Source of the DNA: Kudoa neothunni
Taxonomy: Eukaryota; Animalia; Cnidaria
DNA: 64,000 nucleotides
Direction of reading: 5' to 3'
NCBI GenBank assembly: GCA_964304625.1
Contig: OZ199838.1
Location: 13,149,843 to 13,213,842 of the forward strand
This document shows positions 55,200 to 64,000 of this stretch, piece after piece. Under the pieces are notes generated by a model. That model worked only from the letters and a program-made list of their open reading frames with translations, was not told the DNA's origin and did no database searches. Numbering within the stretch: position 1 is the first letter of the stretch; every line of letters begins with the position of its first letter. The translations under genes were made by a program, and so were the position numbers.

Positions 55200-55800
55200 T
55201 TTGATTTGCAAAATTGATGAAAAGGCATTATATTATTGGCCGCAACTAAAAAATAGATTTTGGTGTCTTATTCATTATATTGTTGGGAAAAATTCTGGCT
55301 TATCGAAGGAGAGCTGCAGTAAGATGAAAAATTGAAAAAGGGAATAACCCTTCTTTTAGGTGATTCAGTGTAAGATGTAAAACTCGACCCTTTAGTTTTT
55401 GGTTATTAAGATAAATTTAGGTGTTTCAAAAGTCATACCATTGCCCATAGATTTAATATAATAACTTAATGACTAGCCATATTATATATTATCGAAATAC
55501 ATCATCTGTTTAGAAAGTACTAAATGAAAAATGAAAATGTGGTTTTATTTCTAGACAGTATTTCCCCATTGTCAAACAAGTCTAATCAATATAAGAATGG
55601 TTCTTTTTCAGAATACGACGAATATTATCCTAACAAATCGGTAAGGGGATCATTAATTCTTTTACAACTTCTTAAAATGAGCCAATATTCAAAGATATAG
55701 TGCTATTGTTAAAGCAAACTTGTCTCTGATTCAACATGATGTTCTTGTCACTTTTTTATCTTAAATAAACCTTGGAATTTCCTTTGAGAAGACCTTTTTT
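55200..55800 (+). mobile_element. Highly decayed pogo/Tigger transposase fragment
   Basis: KKGITLLLG..KLDPLVFG..FRCFK and VVLFLD, with many stops and frameshifts. Confidence 0.45.
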
Positions 55801-56751
55801 TAAAAATCCATCGTGTTCACGTTATCTACTGATGATGCAACAAATATCAATAAATAGAGAAAAGATATTATAATTGAAAAAATTGATAAAATTATTTCTG
55901 GACAGTTTACAATTATTGAAAAAAATTACAACCGACTAAGAGAGGGAGAGGCAATAAAACGAAATGACAATCAGTCCAAATCTAGCGTATTAACCCTTCA
56001 AAAGGCCAGAAAAAATGTTTCTTAAAAGGAGACCATTTAATCAGTTACAAAATAAAAAATATTCATAAAAGAATAATAATACAAAAGATTACAACCTAGC
56101 TCCAACGTTAAAATGTGCGATTATCAATATTTCCTTGTCTAAAATATTCGTCCAAAGGAAATTACTAAATATTTGTAAAAATAATAAAAAAATTTCTTTT
56201 TTATTTTTTCATTATGTCTAATTTCGAAGTAGAAATATTCAATACAAAAGATTGTTGAATAAAATAACAAAAGTTGTTATTAATATGATAATGAAAGCTC
56301 TCCAATGTTTATGAAAAGTCCACAACTAGGGATATTTCCTAGTTTTTTTAAGATCTCTTCATGTATAAGAAGAATCGGTTAACTTCTCAGCAATGTATAG
56401 CTACAATTCTTCTATTTGTTGAAACAGATATCGATGCACTGTTTGCGTGATTACATAGATATTTATAGAATCAATGAAAAAGCCATCGTAAATATTCAAT
56501 TTTAAACCAAACCAAAAATTAGTAATATAGTCTTATGGTTACAATTAGTGGCGTCAATGTCTCTCAAATGTGGTTGTGAGATTGACAATATGTTATTGTT
56601 TTTTTAACGCAATCATATGTAATAAAAGAAACTTTTATTTTAATATACTTTCGTTCTTCCGAATTAAAATCACGAAACATCAACTATCAGTCAATAGGTA
56701 TCCACCAGAAAATAAAGATTTATCCAAAAATATAAGAGAAAATCAAAAATA

Positions 56752-57903
56752 ATGACAAGAAAACTTAATTTTATGAATGACCTAACATTTAAAATTGCGT
56801 CTATGGAGATTAAAGACCACAAATCCAAGAACTTTTCATTTTCTTCGCTGAGTGTTGCAAGTGAACTGTACGCAATTTCTCTCGTTTGCCATCCAAGAAT
56901 ACGTCAACAAATAAACGGTATCATAGGGGAAAATTTATTTTCATCAAATTCTAGAATCTTCATGCTAACGTCAAAACTAATAATATGCAAACTCTTGATT
57001 GTTCATAATGATGATAAGAAAAAAAATTTCGATCCACTAAAATCCGTCTCGTTAAGAATAGACTTTTGGCAGTGGAGTGAAAAAGGAAAATCCACATACA
57101 TAGTTAAATGGCTAAAAAGAACTATCCCTACACTGGAAAATATTTCTGAAACATTTCATTTTTCACCATTATCAAATATTTTTCAAACAAATAAATTGCT
57201 AGGTGTTATCTCCATCGAAAATCTCAACTGGGAAGGAAAAGTTCATAGGAGTTCATTATTTTTCAATTTAAGCTCAGATTATGCCCCGATTAAATTAAAT
57301 TCTCTAAGAATTGAAACTACAGGGAGCTCCATGAACGACAATATTATGGAGTTCTGTCTTGTAGCTATACCTTTGAGCGATTCAAATTTTGAAGCTATCG
57401 TGATTATACCATCACCTGACAACTCCCTAAAAACGATACTCAACAATATTAATGTATGTAAAAACATTGAAAATCTGATGAAATGAATATAAATCAAAAA
57501 AATTTAGGGATCCAACTACATGGCGTGTCGATCTAAACTAGCGGAAAAAAGAATTTTGCTAGATATACCCCTATTTAATGTTACTACAATCACAAAGATG
57601 AAACATATTTTTAAAACAATAGGAATAGATATTGGCGACAAATTCAAAAGATACATTTTCAATGTAGGAGATCAAAATATCGATATCACTGAGGTGGTTG
57701 ATACAAATAAATTCGGTATTAGCGACACCAGTATCGGCTCTAACATTGGATCTGATAAGTGCACCAAATATGAGCCCCTGCTGAAAGCTTATTCCGCCGA
57801 TTGTGTTTATGTCAATAGACCATTTATCTGGTTATTGCATTATAAACCATTGGATTTCATTATTCAATGTTGTGTGGTGGAAGATCCAACAAAACACTCC
57901 TAA
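56752..57903 (+). CDS. Highly divergent serpin, 2 exons (intron 57454-57507), predicted non-inhibitory
   Basis: NFSFSSLSV, LVAIPL..AIVIIP, LDIPLF and VYVNRPFIWLL..IQCCVVEDP. The phase-0 intron is at the same relative position as in the first serpin. Confidence 0.8.
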
Positions 57904-58679
57904 TTGCTCGTCATATTACCGTATTTTTTGAAAAATGATTTTATAAATGTGTATTCATTTCTCGTATTAAGTTACAATTTACTTAACATTCTAAATTCAA
58001 CGAAAACCGCTATCTTCTAAAGACTTTTAGAGGTCTGAGTGTTAAAATGCATTATATGCATTGAGGAATATTAAAAAATAGTTTGAAAAATCCTGAAAAA
58101 TTTTGTTTCAATATTAAACTAATATATTTCAAAAATACATAAAAATACTAAAAAACCACACACCCGTTATCAGACAAGGTTGGGGCTTCACGATAGTATG
58201 TGGAATGTGCACATTAGAAGCAAGTTAGATGAATTATTTTGTGAATATTTTTCTCGTTTGAATACAAAATGAATCACTTACAAAAACTAAAGATATTATA
58301 TCATTTAGAAACTCATTGGCCATTAAATATTTTTCATTAATGTTTAGCAACGAGTTGAAAAAGGACACACATGTAACATAACCCACTCTTGTATAAGTAA
58401 AATTTAGAGTTAGATACGATTTAATTGATAATTATACTTGAGAAAATTTGGAATCCTCTTAGCGTCAGTTGTCAAGTTAAAATTAATTTTGCATTTAATG
58501 TGGAAATCCAAACAATGATATATCACGAAAAAAGTGCAAGGTGAATTATTTTACTTTTCTAACCAATTTTTAAAATATTAGTACTTGTCATTTATTTATT
58601 TTATATTGCTGAATCAATTTTAATATAAAACATTGATATAATTAAAATTTAATCTATTCTATTCCGTCTAATTAAAAAC

Positions 58680-58835
58680 AGGAAGCGTCGGCCAGAAATA
58701 ATTAAATATAGCAGATTCTAAAAAATTAAATCAGTAACTAGTTTGTAAGTTGGAGTTGCTGAGATTAAAAATTCTCATTGCGCAAGCGGGCATGCCGTTT
58801 AAGATTAAATTTTACGGTGTCAATAGCCTCTGCCT
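58680..58835 (+). repeat. Copy of the dispersed hairpin repeat (right arm and body)
   Basis: cagaaataattaaatatagcagattctaaaaaattaaatc..gagttgctgagattaaa..gcgcaagcg..tttaagattaaattt..ctctgcc. Confidence 0.75.
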
Positions 58836-59847
58836 TAAAAATATTTATTTTAACTTAATGTTAGTTTAAATTATACATTAAAATTGTTTTAATTTTATTC
58901 AATCAATGAACATCAACCATGAAGTAATATTTAAATGAATAAATAAATAAATAAATTTCGTTGTACTTTTCAAAATAAAAATAGACGACCTGATTTATAA
59001 TTCATTTTCTCCTAATATATCGTTCCTGGGCTAAATGCGGAGAAAAAAGAATCGAAAAACTTTGTATTAAAATAAAAAGATTAATTTTGATTATAAGTAA
59101 GGGATGCAATTTTCGATTTAAATAGATTTCGATCAATTTATATCGTCGAATTTATCAGAATAGTTCAACGTTTATTTTTTCTGGGTGTTTCGGAAAGGGC
59201 GACTCAATAAGAATGGGCAGAAATATTTTGCATTATTGAAACATCATTGAATGATAGAATCGTTAAAGCATATATCTCCAAGTCCCCTTCGTTATTTAGA
59301 GATCACAAAAATCAAAAAATAAAGATTTATCTTGTTTCAGCTGATGTGTATGATGGATTACAATTTCAAATAATAGATAATCACACAAGACCTAGAAGTT
59401 TTTTCCCAAAATATTGTTCTTGAGCACGTTCACTTTCTAATATTAAAATTTTTGTTGATAGGTACTTATCTTCATTATTTAAAAAAATTTTTTTAGCAAT
59501 TCCAATTTTTCCGATAATATTTTTTAAACAAATAGTTGTCTTCAATCGCAATTAAAATTTCGTGGAGATTGGGTTTGTTCTTTCGGATGAGAGAACATCT
59601 CTTTCGAGAGAAAAAATCTCTATGGTACTATAATTATATTAAAATAGTGAAATTAAAATATAATTTTATTATATTGTATGTGATATTAATTTGTGTTTTT
59701 TGGGTCATAGAGATGCTTGTGCTGAGTTGTGTATAATCTCCTTATGTATAAAAGCGTCGAAAAGTTGGACGTTTATTTATAGACAACGATTTAAATCGTC
59801 AACTCTTACAAAAGTAAACGTCGAAGATTGCTTGCATTAATTATAAG

Positions 59848-61809
59848 TAGGGTTGGAAATTTTTGATTTAAATCGTCGAATTTGCAAAAATTCCCTGGTT
59901 TTTATTTTTTTTCGACCGAAAAACGTCAATTTTCGCCGCATTAGACACGTTCGAAAATGGGAGAGAGGCGACGTGAAATAAACAATTATTTAATGGAATG
60001 GGATGATTTAGAAGCCGCTGATGATGTACTAATACGTAGATATTGCAAAGTGATGATACCTGCGAAACAAAATAGAATGCAGGAGCACGTTAATTCTCAA
60101 AAGTATTGTTCCATCAAGTCGAACTTGTCGAAAATAAATCTTCTAACTAATATATTTTATCAATATGCGACGAATTCAGATGAAATAGAAATAGATATGG
60201 TTTAAATAGTTGCTTTTGATGGCCTTTCATTTTCTTCGATTAATAAAGAAAGCAGTCTAAGGAAATTTATCTCTACGTATTGTCCTGCGTCACGGTCACT
60301 ACCTGAAGGGAAATATTTAGTTGAAACGATCTTTCCTCGATAACTAAGGAAGCTGTTCCCACTATTAAACTAATGATGTCTGATTTACGTTTTAATTTAA
60401 TAATTAACGAGTTCCCAGATGCTAAGAACTGACCAATTTTTAACACTTTGGCCTGCTTCCGTGATAGTTCCTCAGATAGAGAAAAAACAATTATGTTGGA
60501 TTCTTCGAGACTTATTCAATGTAATTTTGTTATTGTTGCTAGCCATTTGTCTGAAATTCTAAAACGATATGATTTGGATCGGAAAAATTGTATCGCTATT
60601 ATTTCCGACTCGGCATCTTACATGAAAAAATATTATATCGAGTTGAAATTTATGTATTCTCTTATCGCCAGAATCTCTTGTTTTTCACATATTATTCATG
60701 GAGTTGTTCAGAAAGCTGTTGAACTTTACTTTAAGGATGTTAGAAATTTTCTTCCCTATTATCAAAAGGTAGGAAAGCGAAACCGTCTTTTGATTCACCT
60801 TAAAAATAATAATTTTGATAATTTCAAAGAAATTCCAAGAGTATTAGATGTACGGTGGTATAGTTTCTTTAATTGTATAAAGCAGGTAAAGGAATATTAC
60901 CCGGCAGTTGTCGATTTTTGAAAAGGTATAAAAGGAGACAACGTTGGAGCAAAACTTAATGAATTTCTAAAAACAGACGCAGTTGACCTTAATGCTTTTT
61001 ACTTTTGTTTAAATATTTTAATCGATGAACTTATTCCATTATTTGATTTTTCAAAAATAATTGAAACCGAAGAGAATTGTATCTCGAAAATTTGTGACTG
61101 GATAGGGAATGACTTTGGAATCAACAAGAATAATTTGTTAAAAGTCACAAGGACATTATCGGTCTCGTTCCATTTCAATGTAGAAATAACCTTCTACTTA
61201 AATGTGAATATTTACGCGAAAAAATTATTAATGAACTAAAATGTTCAATATCTAAAAATCTAAATGGGTGTTTACCCTTAAATACATTTTTTGAAATTGA
61301 GAAAAATCTTGATCCATATGTATCAATTTCAATTGAACAATTGAATGTTGATGATCATTGTTACTTTTTACAGATTGAAGAGAGGCGACAACGTAAGAAT
61401 GAGTTCGACTTGTTATGTAAAGAGGCGAAAGATATAACAAAGTCAATCGATCCTAACTTTTGGAAAACGCGATCAAACGTTTCACCCAAACTTTCAATAC
61501 TTTATCGAGATATATTGACCTTGCCAATATCATCAATCAGTGTCGAATGGAGTTTCTCAAAATCCCGATATGTTTTCGGAAAAGAAAGAATAAATTTAGG
61601 TGATGATCGCTTTACAATGTTGGCGATGCCAAATTTCAATGGTCCATTATGATTATTTTAATTCACGTTTATCGAATCTATTTTGTAAATTTTTAATTTA
61701 GAGTTTTTTTCTTTTTTTTTAAATAAAGGTCAAATTTGAAAATTTTTTGATTTCGAACGATAATACCGCCGATTTACAAAAAAATAAACGTCAAAAATTT
61801 CCAACCTTA
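59848..61809 (+). mobile_element. hAT transposon with TIRs and decayed TSD, transposase disrupted
   Basis: TIRs TAGGGTTGGAAATTTTTGA and TAAGGTTGGAAATTTTTGA (reverse complement). TSD ATTATAAG / TTTATATG (6 of 8). Motifs ISDSASYMKK, CFSHIIH, DVRWYS and the hATC region FWK..PKLS..ILTLPISSISVEWSFS. Confidence 0.9.
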
Positions 61810-62007
61810 TTTATATGTTAATGATCAAATTTATATTTTAATCCGATTTAAACAAAAAATGGTTTAAAAATAAATGAACTCTAAGCTACATATCACTGAA
61901 TATTTTACGAATATTCAAGATAAAAAAGTGAAATTTTGAGAGAGAGAGAGAGTAACAACGCAATTGTTTAAAGAATATAAACGTCACAACTGAGGTTTAA
62001 AATGATA

Positions 62008-62688
62008 TTAGTTAGTTATATCGAGATCCTTTCTCATTTCTAAACCATTTTCTTCCGTTCCAGTGGCAGACGATTCATAATAGTTGTTCAGAACTTGAAA
62101 TACATAATAACCCAATCGAGTATACATTTGAGTAGCTACAGAGTTGGATTCACGTACAAACAAATCCACATACGATAATCTCCATCTACAATAACCGAGT
62201 TACCCTTAGCAACTATCAAAAATTTGCAAAACCTACGTGTGACAATATTTCTCAAAAATATTCATTAAAGTGGTAGCTGCCTTCATTCCTCTGTAGCAAG
62301 GATTGACTGTAACGGCAGAGATATGCCCATAGAGTTTTGATTCCTCAATATTTCTCTCGGTCTTTCCAAAAACTATAAACAAAACCCCTGTAAGTTTCTA
62401 GTAGATTACATCGATCAACTTACAATAAGCTCTCAAATGATTATTACAATCATACATAACGTAGGCGCTAGTAGGAAAATTGGTAATGTAGTTCATCACA
62501 TAATACGTGTGAAACTAGGTGTAAGTTAGTGAATAAAACAAAGTAGGTGACACTCAAAACAATACTTACAGTTTCTGTCCAATAATCTAAGTTTCTATAT
62601 TGAAATTACCACAAAAAATCAATAAACATTATCACAATGATCCAAAACGTAATAGATCTTTAGCCCTCATGTAATGAATAGTGGTCAT
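62008..62688 (-). CDS. NAA20: N-alpha-acetyltransferase 20 (NatB catalytic subunit), 5 exons; not shown in the ORF track
   Basis: Spliced product MTTIHYMRAKDLLRFGSLNLDYWTETF..FGKTE..YGHISAVTVNPCYRG..VDLFVRESNSVATQMYTRLGY..YY..EENGLEMRKDL*. Four GT-AG introns are in frame. Confidence 0.92.
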
Positions 62689-64000
62689 GTTTGTCCCTAG
62701 AATAAAATGTGCATGCGTGTACATAAAGAGAGACACTGACCATTGCTACGGATCCATGTAATCCGCGTGTGGGGGTTGTCTATTGCTAGGGGAGGGAATA
62801 ACTCCAATCTACGAACTCAGTTAAAATTTGAACATCACATTTGTAATTAATGATTTTTGGCCTAACATAATTAACTGTTTTGGGGAAAATTTGAGTCATT
62901 GAAATTTCTAATATTGTGACTATAAATTTCGTGTTTTATTTTTTTTATGAGTATTGTTAAATGCATATTTTAATTTTTGACTAATAAAGGTTTCTTTAAC
63001 TAAAAGACCAAATACCAAACATTGCGTTTTAAATATAAAAACGTCCACCCTATTACCTCTGATTGTACCTAATATGTTTAATCTAGCTCATCTAATGTAA
63101 TCTGTTAAAATATGCTTAACTACGCTTTTATAAAATGAAATAATTGTATTTGTTAAATATATATTTGATTTATAACTTATATTTCTATTATTACATATCC
63201 ACAAACATATTAAATATTATCGCTATTCAAGGAAAACGATTAGAACATTTTGTGTAGTGAATTCAGTAATTCTTTAAAGTCAATATATTTAAAGTAATGT
63301 TTAATTTTATGGTTAAAATCAATATAAAAGCTTACTATTTGCATTTAAATAGCGGTGAGCATAATTCTATCTTCTTAAATGTTATTGCTACAAATATAGA
63401 TAAATTATTAGATTTATTAACATAAAAATTCATAAAAACTTAAATTTTACTCCAATGCGTCATCTGAAATTAATGTCCACAATAGATGGAAACACGTTTT
63501 GAATCTCGATTGTAGTAACCTGTGTGGGAATCTAAGTTTTCACTGTAGCGTCATTTGTACGATAGAATCCTCTCCTGGATTGAAAGCTGACTTTATAACT
63601 CACTAGCTGGAACTGTCTAGCGTTGCCTGGGGAAGATTTCGCCTAGAGACGTTTTTTAATAACATTCAAAAAACATATTTAAGTTTCAAACTTACTTATA
63701 GAAACAAAATAACTAAAAATTTTTAAGCAACATACTTTAACGATTTGGATTATGAAATTTAAATTATGATCATTTCTTTGAAGGAGTATTCCAATCCTGG
63801 CGTTCATTTAAAAATTTCGTGGCTCTGCAGCAATGCTAAACAATTTAAAGTCCGCGACAGCATCGTATTTTTTTCATTCCCGAATTATTTAAATCCCGTT
63901 AGAATATTATCTAAAATGTTAATTTTTGTTCCGGAGGATTTATGAAAGTCGAATTCTGGCCCGGCAAAAAAACTGAGTATACCGCTAAGTTTGTAACAGA

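Noticed and set aside
1-64000. Genome-wide reassignment of TGA (alternative genetic code)
   Set aside because: No internal TGA was seen in the conserved genes I translated (EEF2, EEFSEC, NAA20, MOB2), and TGA appears to terminate the Lines gene.
63450-64000. Exon-like minus-strand segments
   Set aside because: Several splice solutions are possible and none gives a recognisable motif, so it was not annotated.

Overview
This is eukaryotic DNA, AT-rich, with mostly short (about 35-70 nt) GT-AG introns. The gene set (PKD, TACC, Lines, multi-Kunitz protein, serpins) points to an animal, and the compact, highly divergent genes suggest a reduced parasite such as a myxozoan; that assignment is inference only. 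The left part (about 0.8-18 kb) is a dense housekeeping block: protein kinase D, TMED10/p24, SRR1-like protein, selenocysteine elongation factor eEFSec, a Lines homolog and eEF2, including two head-to-head pairs whose start codons are only 62-80 bp apart. The rest is a transposon-rich region. It holds decayed Merlin, piggyBac (x3), Tc1-like, pogo/Tigger and hAT (x3) elements, two of them nested, plus a gag remnant. Embedded in it are a secreted five-domain Kunitz gene, MOB2, TACC, two divergent serpins and NAA20. Most notable: an in-frame TGA exactly at the last Cys of a Kunitz domain (selenocysteine candidate or pseudogene lesion), a dispersed hairpin-containing repeat with a compensatory base change, and the ultra-compact divergent promoters. 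All calls come from manual reading and translation; no database searches were run.
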